From Promethearchaeati archaeon SRVP18_Atabeyarchaeia-1 (GTDB lineage: Archaea > Asgardarchaeota > Atabeyarchaeia > Atabeyarchaeales > Atabeyarchaeaceae): a stretch of DNA of 64,000 bases. Below, piece by piece: positions 1-10,870 of the stretch; position 1 is the first letter of the stretch; every line of letters begins with the position of its first letter. The notes below the pieces were generated by a model that ran no database searches, was not told where the DNA came from, and was given only the letters and a program-made list of their open reading frames with translations. A program made the translations under genes and the position numbers. The stretch is from NCBI GenBank assembly GCA_037308085.1, contig CP147779.1:2240001-2304000 (forward strand), given 5' to 3'.

Positions 1-2
1 TA

Positions 3-122
3 TGGAGAGGCGAGCAAGTAGTCCACACAAAGTATGTCGAATGGGAGGAACAGAGAGCTGAGGAGGAATGCAGGGCGCGCCTCGACTCAATTGTAATAAG
101 ATCGGGGTTGAGAACCCTCTAG
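3..122 (+). CDS. possible 3' end of an unknown CDS entering the window
   Basis: Open frame from the window edge to TAG at 120-122 (WRGEQVVHTKYVEWEEQRAEEECRARL...); no recognisable motif. Confidence 0.3.
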   Translation, partial: WRGEQVVHTKYVEWEEQRAEEECRARLDSIVIRSGLRTL

Positions 123-178
123 CGTACAAGCATGATGAACACGCGGGCAAAACGGGGAGAACACAGAGATGATGCCTG

Positions 179-2389
179 ATGTCTGATCAGAGTCCGGAGG
201 TCAAGGACAAAGTCGCTCGACAGGGCGAAGAAGAGAAGCAGACCGGTCTGACGCTTCGCACCGTGCTTCTCACTTTCGTCTTCAGCATATTCTTTTCTGT
301 CGCCACGATCTACACGCTCGTAGTTCTCAGCTTCGCGATGGGCGTTGTGGGGGTAGTCTCAGTTGTTATTGCTTCGAGCGCATCAATATGGGGAGCCAGC
401 GCTTCAACCAAAAACAGGGTGAAACCGGTCAGCGCACATGAACTAGTGGGAATGAGTTGGCTCTCCAGTGCTTTCGCCCAATCGATGGGAACCACCATAC
501 TGATTGGCGGGGTGCTCTTGATGCGTTACATTTTGCCATCTTCAGCGTTCTCATCTTGGCAGCGGTGGTGGTTTGCGCCAGCTCAAAGCGACCTCGGTAA
601 TGTTGTCGCTTGGCTACCGACCATACTCTTCTGGATGTTTGTTGTCTTCCTAGTTCGGCTTGCGGTAATCGGCATAGGCCTAAGGTTCAAGCGCCGTTAC
701 ATCGACTCGGACGAGTTGCCTTTTCCCGTTGCTGAAGGACAGGCAGATGTGATAAAGGAGTTAACCGTCCAGAACGAACCACCAACATCCAGCCTCAGAT
801 ACTTCATCGCAGGTGCGTTGTTCGCTTTCATCTTCACACTAACTGTCGAGCACGACTGGAATTACCCTCTTCTCACGCCACTAATAGCAACAGCCATCGG
901 AATCTCACTCCTTGTAGGCGCGATGAACAGTGCATTTCCCTGGAGGGTTGGGAGGAGGCTGCCAAGAGGATTGAACAAGGCCGCATATTACTTCGCGTAC
1001 TTCTTCCTGTCAATTGGAGCTCTTGGCCTCATTTCCTGTATATATGCGCCTGCGGGATCATTCTTGTATTATCTTCGCTTCGGATTTCCCGCGATTGCCA
1101 ATCCAAGTTACGCCGAGAGATTCATTGATCTTTCCGTCTTGATTCCTCAGCTTGGCGGGCTAGGGTTCGGGATATCGATATCGTTACTTCTTTTCATTAT
1201 TGGGTACCTGATACCTCTCGATTCATCATCTGGAATATTGGCTGGATCACTGACGGCTTTCGTCTTGGTTCCCTTGGGACTATTCGGATTAACGGGCTCA
1301 ATTGACGCGACCCTGCTCACAAGCATCGACTCCTCGTTGATTCTGGCAGCTCTGCTATGCGCAGCGGTAGTAGGTTCAGCTGTCATAATCGCAAGGACAA
1401 TAATTACAAATCGGGAGGGCGCGAAGCTCGTAATTCTTCAAGGAATGAAGGCACTCTACACCCCAGGCGAGGGAAGGAAGACCAAGACTAGGGGAAAAGT
1501 TTTCCAGACACTCAGCACGAACGCCTGGGCTCAATATCTTCTTATATGGATTCCCACGGCGCTTCTGGCCCTCATAGCGATAATAATAGTGGGATTAGAG
1601 CCTGGCGCGCCATCCTATCTCATAGTCATAATTCTTCTCTTCGCGTTTGTGATGACGCCCCTAGCAACGACACTTGGAACATGGGTATCCAGCAGAACAA
1701 CCCGAATGTCTTCGCAAACCCCGGTTCCCTTCCTGTACGAAGCCGTATTGTCTGGGATCGGGACTAGAGACTTTTCGCCCTACGCCTTCGGGGCGCCAGT
1801 GGTCTGGCAGGCTCCGGGCCTCTTGAGCCAGCTCAGGGTAGCTCGGCTGACCAAGACCGAGTCTAGAGTGGTCTACTGGGCTGATATCATAGGGTTTCCA
1901 CTCCTCGGTGTGTTAGTGAGTTTCTTGGTCTGTATTTGGGTGTTCTCAGTCATCGGTATCCCAGGCGCATCCCTTACCCCTCCAGGCGGATCAGGGTCGA
2001 CTGCGCTTGGCCAATGGAACTTTGCTCCGATCTGGAATGCGCTCTACACACTAGTCGTTTGGCTTGCTCAAGGCGGAGGAGCTTTCCCGTATCAGCCCAT
2101 CGCGGTACCCGTCTTCCTAGTGGCGATTATAGTGTTTGCAGTTTGGACGACGCTACACGGCTTGAGGAGAGTACCCTTAGCTTCGACCGCGGGAATAGCG
2201 ATCGGTTTTGCGCTACTACCATACATGGCGATCACGATTTTTCTCGGAGCCCTCGCAGCAACAATAGTAAAAAGAGCAAAAGGGGTCGAATGGTTCGCAA
2301 GGTACGGAATAACTCTGGGTGCTGGTGTCTACGCTGGAGCAAGCATAACCATCTTCCTCATCGTCGTCATTGCACCGCTAATACCCTGA
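179..2389 (+). CDS. OPT/YSL-superfamily oligopeptide transporter-like membrane protein
   Basis: 736 aa polytopic membrane protein; N-terminal LTLRTVLL and the ELPFPVAEGQADVI segment resemble OPT family motifs. Confidence 0.65.
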   Translation: MSDQSPEVKDKVARQGEEEKQTGLTLRTVLLTFVFSIFFSVATIYTLVVLSFAMGVVGVVSVVIASSASIWGASASTKNRVKPVSAHELVGMSWLSSAFAQSMGTTILIGGVLLMRYILPSSAFSSWQRWWFAPAQSDLGNVVAWLPTILFWMFVVFLVRLAVIGIGLRFKRRYIDSDELPFPVAEGQADVIKELTVQNEPPTSSLRYFIAGALFAFIFTLTVEHDWNYPLLTPLIATAIGISLLVGAMNSAFPWRVGRRLPRGLNKAAYYFAYFFLSIGALGLISCIYAPAGSFLYYLRFGFPAIANPSYAERFIDLSVLIPQLGGLGFGISISLLLFIIGYLIPLDSSSGILAGSLTAFVLVPLGLFGLTGSIDATLLTSIDSSLILAALLCAAVVGSAVIIARTIITNREGAKLVILQGMKALYTPGEGRKTKTRGKVFQTLSTNAWAQYLLIWIPTALLALIAIIIVGLEPGAPSYLIVIILLFAFVMTPLATTLGTWVSSRTTRMSSQTPVPFLYEAVLSGIGTRDFSPYAFGAPVVWQAPGLLSQLRVARLTKTESRVVYWADIIGFPLLGVLVSFLVCIWVFSVIGIPGASLTPPGGSGSTALGQWNFAPIWNALYTLVVWLAQGGGAFPYQPIAVPVFLVAIIVFAVWTTLHGLRRVPLASTAGIAIGFALLPYMAITIFLGALAATIVKRAKGVEWFARYGITLGAGVYAGASITIFLIVVIAPLIP

Positions 2390-2642
2390 CTACAACCTGC
2401 AAAGCTTCTCTCAGACCCCTTCCAAGGATGGGTTTCCCGTCGGCCGTTCATCCAAGCATTACACCTTTTTGGGTGATTTGGAACTTCACTCCACACCAAC
2501 AGATCTGACCATGGGGCTCCAAGATCAATCCTACGAGGAAGTTCCGGAGCGGGCAGACACCTTAGCTCTCCAGAATTTCCAGAGAAATGCGCACACAATG
2601 GGATACAGCTGGTCTTTCCACGAAAGAATAATAATGTGTAAA

Positions 2643-2666
2643 CGTTTAACATATGACTGTTAAATG
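2643..2666. promoter_or_regulatory. inverted repeat upstream of the modE-like gene, candidate operator
   Basis: CGTTTAACA-tatgac-TGTTAAATG: perfect 7-bp arms TTTAACA/TGTTAAA just before the start codon. Confidence 0.4.
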
Positions 2667-2673
2667 CTGACTT

Positions 2674-3276
2674 ATGGGATCCCCAACAATGAAACAAAGA
2701 TCTAGAGCCTCTGAGTCGGGAGATGCCGTCAGATCAATAGGGTTCAGGATCTGGTTCGTTGAGAAAGGCAGGAACCTGCTGGGCAAGGGCGGGGCTGAGA
2801 TACTAGAGAGCATGTCTGAGACTCATTCCATTTCGAAGGCGGCAAAGCAACTTGGGCGGTCCTACAGACAAGTCTGGGGTCAGATAAACGAAATAGAGGA
2901 AAGCCTAGGACAACCTCTTATTACTAGGTTCAAAGGAGGGGCAAGAGGGGGAGGAGGAGCTGAGCTTACCCCAGCTGGATTAGCTCTATTAAAGGAATAC
3001 CGCAGGGTAACCGAGTACGTCAACGGAATACTAAAAGACGAATACTTCTGGGAGGCATGTGGATTGAAGTTAAGCGCCAGAAACAAGCTGAGTGGAAAGA
3101 TAATCTCAGTTGAGAAGAATGGAGTCGTCGCCAGTATAAAAATAAGGGTGATGGAACCCGCCACCATAACTTCCGTTATTACGAGCGAAGCTGCAGACGA
3201 CCTTGACCTGAAAGAAGGGGATGACGTAGAAGCAATAGTCAAGGCGACTGAAGTACTGATATCAAAGGAAGACTAG
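2674..3276 (+). CDS. modE: ModE-family molybdate/tungstate-responsive regulator (wHTH + TOBE); start may be 2689
   Basis: SISKAAKQLGRSYRQVW...GGARGGGAELT wHTH followed by the LSARNKLSG...AIVKATEV TOBE/Mop domain. Confidence 0.9.
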   Translation: MGSPTMKQRSRASESGDAVRSIGFRIWFVEKGRNLLGKGGAEILESMSETHSISKAAKQLGRSYRQVWGQINEIEESLGQPLITRFKGGARGGGGAELTPAGLALLKEYRRVTEYVNGILKDEYFWEACGLKLSARNKLSGKIISVEKNGVVASIKIRVMEPATITSVITSEAADDLDLKEGDDVEAIVKATEVLISKED

Positions 3277-3287
3277 GATGCGAACTG

Positions 3288-3710
3288 TCACCGTTTCTCC
3301 CTCTTGCCCATATTCCTTAGGAATTCGATGGTTTCAGCCAAGCTCCTACATAATCCCGCCAATGGCGCTTCCAGCATCAAGTTGACTGGCTCAAATTCTG
3401 AGAAAACGCGGTGATCAGTCTTTAGCCCGAGAATCTGCTTTCCAAGTGCATGAGCGAACCCCATCTCGAACGCAACCCCAGTATCAACATCCAACCCGTC
3501 AAGTACCGCGACGACAAGGTCACTCCTTCTCAGGGCTTCGAGATCTTCCTCAAGGATCTCTCTCTTTTCACTGAGCAACCTTCTCCCGATGAATTTGTGC
3601 TCCTGAGCTAGCCATACATCAAATCCTTCTCCTCTAAGCAATTCCGCGGCTTTCTGATTGAAGTCACGTTCTGCTTCGTTGAAAAGTGGTGCTGCGAAAA
3701 AAACACGCAT
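3288..3710 (-). CDS. nucleoside 2-deoxyribosyltransferase family protein
   Basis: VFFAAPLFNEAE and DVDTGVAFEMGFAHALGK motifs; start taken at MRVFF (the ORF extends to 3734). Confidence 0.85.
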   Translation of the reverse strand: MRVFFAAPLFNEAERDFNQKAAELLRGEGFDVWLAQEHKFIGRRLLSEKREILEEDLEALRRSDLVVAVLDGLDVDTGVAFEMGFAHALGKQILGLKTDHRVFSEFEPVNLMLEAPLAGLCRSLAETIEFLRNMGKREKR

Positions 3711-3922
3711 CCCTTTGCAGCCTCCAGTAGACATGCCCTCGTGTGTTCTTCTCTCGGTGGGGCAGGGGACCCAACACTGTTAAGTACTGGAAGAAAGGAT
3801 AGAAACAAGGATAAACTCTTTGCGCTTCAATTGCTTCCCCACCTCGAATTCCAAATCCAGATACCATTCTCTCAACCTTATCGTCCCGGACAAGACATTT
3901 TTGCGGGAGGACCAGTTCAAAG

Positions 3923-4498
3923 ATGACTGCCAAGAGAGACCCAGCCCCGTTCGACAATCGGAAAGGCATTAAGATCAAACCGTTCTCAGTAGGAGACCTT
4001 CCCAGAGTAATGGAAATAGAACGGAGAGCCTTCCCTGACGCGTGGGATGAGAGCTGGTTTCTCTATTTCTACCAGACAAATCCAAGCGGGTTTATGGTTG
4101 CAGTCGACGGCAAGAACAATGTAATCGGGTATGCGATAGTCAACGTTGAGTCTGATGCAGAAGATGCGTGGTTCTTCATGGAGGGCAGACGACTCCCTCC
4201 TCAGAGAGGACATCTTCTCAACATAGCAGTCGACGAGGACCGGCGAAGCCAAGGAGTGGGATCCATCCTGCTCAAAGCGGCTGATGACTATGTATCGGGC
4301 ATGGGAGTGAATGAAATCTTCCTCGAGGTTCAGACGACTAACTCTAACGCAAGAAGATTTTATGCGAATCGGGGATACAAGGAAACAGGAAAAATCCTGA
4401 GAGACTACTACCCCAGAGGGGGAGATGCAGTAATAATGAAGAAGAGGCTCGGCAAGTCCAGAAGAAGCGAATCAGAAACGAGAGGCAACGCTTCTTAA
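3923..4498 (+). CDS. rimI: RimI/Ard1-like GNAT protein N-acetyltransferase
   Basis: IERRAFPDAW, HLLNIAVDEDRRSQGVG, LEVQTTNSNARRFY, DYYPRGGDA motifs. Confidence 0.85.
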   Translation: MTAKRDPAPFDNRKGIKIKPFSVGDLPRVMEIERRAFPDAWDESWFLYFYQTNPSGFMVAVDGKNNVIGYAIVNVESDAEDAWFFMEGRRLPPQRGHLLNIAVDEDRRSQGVGSILLKAADDYVSGMGVNEIFLEVQTTNSNARRFYANRGYKETGKILRDYYPRGGDAVIMKKRLGKSRRSESETRGNAS

Positions 4499-4531
4499 TT
4501 GGCATATTCATTCTGGCTCTCGGGATATTAG

Positions 4532-5365
4532 GTGTTTGACTTGGACCTTCTTCTTATCCCATTATCTCTGCTGCTAGTCCTTGTCGCCGTTGGTCTTTGT
4601 GCTGGGTTGATTACGGGGGTGATGGGTAGCAGTGGAGTTTTTGTTGTAGTTCCTATGCTTACTTTGTTCTTAGGGTTCCCCGTACACTTGGCCATAGGAA
4701 CAAGTCTCTTTGTTGATGTTGTCGCATCACTTGTGACCTCGATTACTTATTATCAGCATGGCCGTTTGGACATGTCTCGAGGCGTGTGGATGGCAGGCGC
4801 TGCGGTCATCGGTGCACTGCTTGGTAGCTCATTCGCCGCCTCTACAGCGGAAGTCGGGTTGAACTGGATATTCGGGGTCTTCCTGATTCTGAATGGCTTG
4901 TACATCCTGAGGACAGGGATGAAGCAGATTACTGACAGAATGTCGAGCATAGCGAACCGGCGACTGCTTGGCGGGGAGGACCCTTCTGCGAGGAGAAAGA
5001 AAGCAATAGGCGTGTCGGTTCTTCTTGGACTCGGGATTGGGATGATTAGTGGTTTCGTCGGCGCAGGCGGAGGAATAATGTTCTTGCTTGTACTGCTTCT
5101 CGTGCTGGGCTATGAGCTTCATGCTGCCATCGGAACCTCAACCCTGATAATGGCCAGCACTGCAGCCTCTGGGAGTTTCGGCTACTATCTTCATGGCAAC
5201 CTCGACCTCGCTGTGGCACTCATTATAAGCATAGGAACACTGATTTCGAGTCGAATCGGGGCGGCAGCAGCCAACAAGCTGGGAGAGAACACTCTGGGGA
5301 GGATAATCGCGCTGATCTTAGTCATGCTTGGAGCTGTCATGCTTCTGGACTCTCTACCACCGTGA
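4532..5365 (+). CDS. sulfite exporter TauE/SafE family
   Basis: Two repeated halves (GVMGSSG/GAGGG, AIGTS twice); about 8 TM segments. Confidence 0.85.
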   Translation: MFDLDLLLIPLSLLLVLVAVGLCAGLITGVMGSSGVFVVVPMLTLFLGFPVHLAIGTSLFVDVVASLVTSITYYQHGRLDMSRGVWMAGAAVIGALLGSSFAASTAEVGLNWIFGVFLILNGLYILRTGMKQITDRMSSIANRRLLGGEDPSARRKKAIGVSVLLGLGIGMISGFVGAGGGIMFLLVLLLVLGYELHAAIGTSTLIMASTAASGSFGYYLHGNLDLAVALIISIGTLISSRIGAAAANKLGENTLGRIIALILVMLGAVMLLDSLPP

Positions 5366-5457
5366 TCCCTGGCAACAACATGAGACAGATTCCCCTTCCT
5401 TCCGTATTGCTGGCACGAAGTCAGACTAGGAGAAACCTGTCTGAGGGGCGAACCGCG

Positions 5458-5988
5458 CTACGGTAGCCTCAGATATCGGCATTCCTCTCTCAACTCTCTG
5501 GAAACAATGCAAGCCCCACACCAGAGGCCTATGGTCTCGAAGAGCAAAGCCTTATCAGGGTTCTCCAAGTCTGCATTCGGTCTTTCCCCGTACCTCTTCC
5601 TAATCAACTTGCAGACATATGAGCCAACCTGCCTAGCAACATCCCGTGAGGAGAATAGCCCCCTTAGCCCCCGGCGATTCACCTTTACACAGAACGACTC
5701 GCCCTCCTCGATTTCTTCGGCGAGAACCGCGGCGTCCTTCTTGAACAGCTGAACGACTTCTCCTTCCAGCAGATGAAATGATCTTTCCACAGGGATGAAC
5801 CTCGATAGGCAACACGGAGATCTCTTGCCCAACTCCACCAGGAATCTCTCTAGATCGCTAATGTCTCCTCTGATTACATCCTTGAAATCTGTTTCCCAGA
5901 AGATGCCCAGGCCCGCGAGTTCTTGCATCAATTCCCTAGACTTGTCGCAAAGAGCAGTCAACACGACCTCCGTCTCAATCACCTCCAA
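5458..5988 (-). CDS. stand-alone THUMP-domain RNA-binding protein
   Basis: SFCVKVNRRG...SSRDVARQVG...ADLENPDKALLFE THUMP signature. Confidence 0.8.
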   Translation of the reverse strand: MEVIETEVVLTALCDKSRELMQELAGLGIFWETDFKDVIRGDISDLERFLVELGKRSPCCLSRFIPVERSFHLLEGEVVQLFKKDAAVLAEEIEEGESFCVKVNRRGLRGLFSSRDVARQVGSYVCKLIRKRYGERPNADLENPDKALLFETIGLWCGACIVSRELREECRYLRLP

Positions 5989-6348
5989 AGCTAGTTATTA
6001 GGGCCGTCAGGCCGGTTGTCGTACTTGGGCCCGCAAACACCCGCACAAATCAGAGTGGCATCAACAGGATTTTAGATTTTCTGGGATCTTCATGTAAATT
6101 TCCTATCAATTGATTCAAATCGTTAGACCAGATGCGCAACAGGCACCAAAATCAAGAGGTTATTTAGAAAAGGGTGAGCGTCATGCACTATGTCCCGCTA
6201 AGACGACTTTCCTATAGCCGTTTCCAGTCTCAGCGCCGCCAAATCGGGGCGAAAGTACCCGACATGGGTGGGAGGTTTCGCCCGGCAGACCAACGTAAGG
6301 AACATAAGCTGAAGTTCCCGCTTCGATTACGGGGAAGGGGCGTAAAGA

Positions 6349-7074
6349 ATGGCGCAATCAGGAGGAGGGCCTGCTCAGGCTCAACGATACCTTCTGCGAC
6401 GTTCTAGGCTAGGCGCCGCCATACTGGTGCTAGTAGCAGCGTCTGTCATGCTCCTGGTATCAGGGGTTGCCCTTGTGCAGTACCGAGCTATCGATGGCAA
6501 AATCCTTTACGATTCCCATGAATGGACTGATTTGCCGCCGAATCCGCTGCAATACGTGCCGCAGATGTTCACTCCTTACCACATAACCCGCTCTGGGGGA
6601 GAGGCGTTCAGCCTTAATCTCACAATTATCTACGATTGGTTGCCTCCGGGCATTGTCAACTTTATCCACGTAGATTACCACGGATGGGTAATAGAGATGC
6701 CACCGCCGGACAATAAGGTTGATCATGGGACGGCTGAATTCGTCTATCTCGGCTACACCTTTCATACTGGGGCAGTGAGCTACGCGGTGTATGACGCGAG
6801 TGGCAGTCCCATTGAAACGGGTTACCGCAACACAACGGTAACTGGGTCCTGTACTGGTTACCAGTGTTTTGAGGCGAGCGGAGCCGGAGTCAATCTTGTC
6901 ACAGCCAGAAACGTGGGTCAATCCCAAGCCAACGCAACCATTTACGTTGGACGCACGGAAGTCTATTGGAGCAAACCCTCCATTACAGCGGGCGCTACAC
7001 TTGCCGTCTCCGCACTCTTTGATCTGGAAATAGTCGCGGTGCTAGTGGCCTTTCTGAGCCGGAAGCCCGATTAA
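6349..7074 (+). CDS. hypothetical protein with N- and C-terminal TM helices and an extracellular beta-rich domain
   Basis: 241 aa ORF with hydrophobic termini and N-x-T sequons. Confidence 0.6.
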   Translation: MAQSGGGPAQAQRYLLRRSRLGAAILVLVAASVMLLVSGVALVQYRAIDGKILYDSHEWTDLPPNPLQYVPQMFTPYHITRSGGEAFSLNLTIIYDWLPPGIVNFIHVDYHGWVIEMPPPDNKVDHGTAEFVYLGYTFHTGAVSYAVYDASGSPIETGYRNTTVTGSCTGYQCFEASGAGVNLVTARNVGQSQANATIYVGRTEVYWSKPSITAGATLAVSALFDLEIVAVLVAFLSRKPD

Positions 7075-7451
7075 GTATGTTTAAGAACACTAGCGTTCGG
7101 GGCACGATTATCTTTCTTCACACAATTTGAAAGAATTCATTTTTGCCGCTTCAATCACAATGGTTAGAAACCAGTTACTCAGATCATGCGTGCAGTAGGC
7201 GGATTTCGCCTCAGTCGGATCCTTTTTTGCGAACTTCGTATGATAGCTTTAGCGCCTCTTAGGGGACAGGACCGGAGCCTCGAAAGATTTTTAATCGTAC
7301 CAAGGTATATGATGGCAGTCACAGCGAATAACAGCTATTCACGGTCGTGGAGAGGGATTCCTGCGTGGCTGCCGGAGAAAACTGGAGGTAGTATAGAGTA
7401 TAGATCCCGATTGCAGCTTGGATAGGAATCCGATTCTCATGGCTTTGGGAT

Positions 7452-9101
7452 GTGAAGGAAATGGGTCTGTTCAACAGCAAGAATGGTGACACCATGTCAC
7501 TCGCCGAGGACGGCGGGAAATCCATTGTGCTCACCGCCTCTGAGGTCGAGATGAGCGACTTCAACCTGAACCTAGTGGCAGCGTTCGCGGGGAGTTTTCC
7601 GCTTGGATTTGTCCCTCGGCGCTTGATCAGGAGAGCACTCTATCCGGCAAACCCGTACAATGAGGATGGTACGGCGAAGCTGGCGCCATATGGACTGAGG
7701 AAAGTTGAAGCCATTCTGGTGAAGGAGTTTGGAAAAGAGAATGTGGCCACGGTCCACCCACGCAACTTGGCGAGGTTCGTGGGACCAAGGACCAAGGTAG
7801 TTGGCATATCGGCGATGGATTCACTTGGCCATGCCTTTGTCAGCCGAACCTACACAAGTATCCTGGGTCTGGGCGGGAAGCCGCTCAACAGGATAGAGTT
7901 CGAGAAGATACTATCCGATCCCGCTATAATGAAGTATAAGCCCAGAGTTATCTTAGGCGGAGCGGGTGCTTGGCAAGTGCCTGAGCTGCATATGCAGGAT
8001 GCCCTTGGTATAGACACGGTTGTGATAGGTCAAGCAGAAAGGACGGTCGCCAAGATCTTCAGGGAGGCAGTCAACGGGGAGAAACTACCTAAGGTAATCA
8101 CGTCTGACCCCTCGAGACTGGAAGACGTTCCAATCATAGAGAACCCTGCCTTGTACGGCGCATCAGAGATAACGCGTGGCTGTGGCAGGAATTGCGCCTT
8201 CTGCTCACCCACAATGCGGCGATTGGTTTCTTTCCCATTGGAGCATATTCTAAAAGAGGTCAGGTTGAACGCAAGGAGAGGTACGCGCGCAATCTTTCTT
8301 CAGACTGACGACGTGTTTCTCTACAGGAAAAAGGACAACTTCCATCCTAATAGAGAAGCCCTTGTCAAGCTGGTTGAGAGCGTGGCGAGAATAGAGGGCG
8401 TGGAGTTCATCCAGTTTCCCCATGCATCGTTCGCCCCGGTTTGCTGCGATCCGAGACTTATAGAGGAAATAGCGCCTACAATTGTCGAGAAATCATTGTG
8501 GCACTGGAATGGAAAGCACATGGCATCATTCGAAATGGGGTTCGAGACAGGCAGTGTTCGCTTGATGAGGAAGTACATGGCTGGGAAGATGTTGCCCTTT
8601 AAGCCGGAGCAATGGCATGACGTTGTCACCGAAGCGGTTGGTATTCTCGACGACAATGACATCTGTCCACTTGCGACACTTGTCATCGGACTGCCAGGAG
8701 AACAGGAAGAAGATACCAACGCTACTCTTGAGTTGATCGGCAAGCTAAAGAACAACAGGGTTATGTGGGCTCCGATATTCTTCACTTCAGAGGAAGAGTC
8801 GCTCCTCAGGAAACGGAAACACATGTCTCTTAGGAGCCTGACTGATCTGCAGTGGGAAGTCCTTTCGACGTGCTGGCGCAGTAACTTCGACACTTGGAAG
8901 AAACAGTTGAACCCAATAATCTCGCTGCTAAGCTTTCTCGCGTTTCCCTATTACAGGCTCAAGCATGGCAGAGGCGTCTTCCGGCCAATGATGAAGTTCG
9001 CGGGACTTGATCTCCTGATGCGCAGAGGGCAGGAATCCAGGCGCGCACCACGGTACGATGTGCCCTGCTATTCGCGCAAAGAGCTGACTGTAGAGGCATA
9101 G
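7452..9101 (+). CDS. radical SAM protein with B12-binding-like N-terminal domain
   Basis: EITRGCGRNCAFC CxxxCxxC motif; PYGLRKVEA, GFETGS. Confidence 0.9.
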   Translation: MKEMGLFNSKNGDTMSLAEDGGKSIVLTASEVEMSDFNLNLVAAFAGSFPLGFVPRRLIRRALYPANPYNEDGTAKLAPYGLRKVEAILVKEFGKENVATVHPRNLARFVGPRTKVVGISAMDSLGHAFVSRTYTSILGLGGKPLNRIEFEKILSDPAIMKYKPRVILGGAGAWQVPELHMQDALGIDTVVIGQAERTVAKIFREAVNGEKLPKVITSDPSRLEDVPIIENPALYGASEITRGCGRNCAFCSPTMRRLVSFPLEHILKEVRLNARRGTRAIFLQTDDVFLYRKKDNFHPNREALVKLVESVARIEGVEFIQFPHASFAPVCCDPRLIEEIAPTIVEKSLWHWNGKHMASFEMGFETGSVRLMRKYMAGKMLPFKPEQWHDVVTEAVGILDDNDICPLATLVIGLPGEQEEDTNATLELIGKLKNNRVMWAPIFFTSEEESLLRKRKHMSLRSLTDLQWEVLSTCWRSNFDTWKKQLNPIISLLSFLAFPYYRLKHGRGVFRPMMKFAGLDLLMRRGQESRRAPRYDVPCYSRKELTVEA

Positions 9102-9154
9102 TCTAGACACCCAAGGAAAGCTGTTGAGGGCTGATTCCACAGAAAGGGAACATA

Positions 9155-10531
9155 TCACCAAGCTTGCTCTTGCAGATCCGCTGGTAGACGTCTACTTCCC
9201 GGCGCGCCTAACGCTACTTCTCTTGCTCGTCCACGCGGAAGGAGAGCTACCCCCACTAGCAGACTGATGAAAAGTAAGACTCCTGAAAAGGCGAACATTG
9301 TACCCTGACCGTACAACTCGACAATGAACCCGGCGGCAATTGAACCGATCGAACTACCAAGAATCGTGAGAGTGTTGAAGAATCCAGAAGCGTTGCCTTT
9401 AACTTCTTTCGGAACGAGATCCAAGACTAGTGCTGAGAGGGGTGTCTGGGCAACAGCCACTCCAAGAAGCCCCAAGATGATGATGGGCGGGAGAAGGGAA
9501 GCCGACGCAAACGGAACAGCAAGAAACCACGGAACCGCCCAAGCAAGACCCGCGACGATAGGCCTTCTCCTTCCTTGGCGGTCAGACCATACGCCCGAAC
9601 CAAGCGCACCAACAAAGAAGATTATGATTCCTGGAATAAAGAAGACTAGCGCTTGATCTAGACTGAGACCGAGCTCTTCCTGCAGGAAAATAGGCGCGAA
9701 TGCGAAGAACGATCCCATTGTAAAACTCGTTGTCATTGCAATCATGCAGGTCTCGAAGAATCCCCTTGCCCTAAAGAACTTCGGCTTAGGAGGATCTTGG
9801 CTAATTGAGGCAACCGTCCAGCGATCCTCGGGTGATCGGCTAGGGAGGTTTAGAGATTCCATTGCGCCAGTTCTCGGAAAATTGATTTTGGCCGCGTTGG
9901 CGGCTCCGGTATCTGCAATCTTGGAGGGCAGAGTTTCTCTCAGGGACGCAACTAATACAAGCGCGGCCAAGAATCCCAAGGTTGAGGCAATGAAGAAGGG
10001 TAGTTGAAGACCGAATACTGCTGCTACTACTCCTCCTACGGGTATCCCAACTATTGTTCCTATCATATAGACTATTGAGAACCAGGCCATTGCAGTGCCC
10101 CTGTGTTCACTTGGGAAGATATCACCTAAACACGCTTGGATGACTGAGACCACCGCACCTGTGGCCTGTATGGCCCGAAATAGGATGAACTCATATATGT
10201 TCTGGGACAAGCCGACCAGCAACGCCCCAGAAGCGTAGATGAAACCCGAGACTATCAGGATACCACGTCTTCCAATTCTATCGGACAGCCTGCCGAGTGG
10301 GATCTGCGTCGAAGCTTGAACTAACCCAAAAACACCTATGGCTATCCCTATTAGTATGGGTGCATTTGCCAAGTTTCCCGCCATTTGAGGCGAGTCTAGG
10401 TAGTATGGCATGCTGAGCGAGTAGAAGTTCATTCCTAGATTCCGGACGAGTTCGCTTAGGAGAAGGCTGAAAACTGTCACCTTGAAGCGGCGATCACTCA
10501 GTAGGGCTTGCATTGACGGGACATCCAACAA
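9155..10531 (-). CDS. MFS transporter
   Basis: Motif A twice (GRLSDRIGRR, GVWSDRQGRR); 12 TM. Confidence 0.9.
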   Translation of the reverse strand: MLDVPSMQALLSDRRFKVTVFSLLLSELVRNLGMNFYSLSMPYYLDSPQMAGNLANAPILIGIAIGVFGLVQASTQIPLGRLSDRIGRRGILIVSGFIYASGALLVGLSQNIYEFILFRAIQATGAVVSVIQACLGDIFPSEHRGTAMAWFSIVYMIGTIVGIPVGGVVAAVFGLQLPFFIASTLGFLAALVLVASLRETLPSKIADTGAANAAKINFPRTGAMESLNLPSRSPEDRWTVASISQDPPKPKFFRARGFFETCMIAMTTSFTMGSFFAFAPIFLQEELGLSLDQALVFFIPGIIIFFVGALGSGVWSDRQGRRRPIVAGLAWAVPWFLAVPFASASLLPPIIILGLLGVAVAQTPLSALVLDLVPKEVKGNASGFFNTLTILGSSIGSIAAGFIVELYGQGTMFAFSGVLLFISLLVGVALLPRGRAREVALGAPGSRRLPADLQEQAW

Positions 10532-10870
10532 GGTGCTTAACAGCTAAGTTTCATTATTCCCCCCCTAAAAGGATTAAGCTGTCACTCACTTTGTCAACAG
10601 GGAATCCTGAAAAGCCGCAACGTAGTGAACCCATCACCCACATCCCCCTCTATTTCGTCGGGGGCTCATTACCGTCCTCCACACCCAAAGCATTAATAAC
10701 AGCTATCATGATGCAGTGAGATCATCCAACATTACCAATGTAAAAAGGTCTCCTTCAGATACGTTTCAGCGAACTCTTCGGATCGGCGATTTTCATAAGG
10801 ATAGCCCATAATGTGGATAGATATATCTTCAAGTTGTTATTATAACGTAATTCAAAGAAGGTGACAAGAA

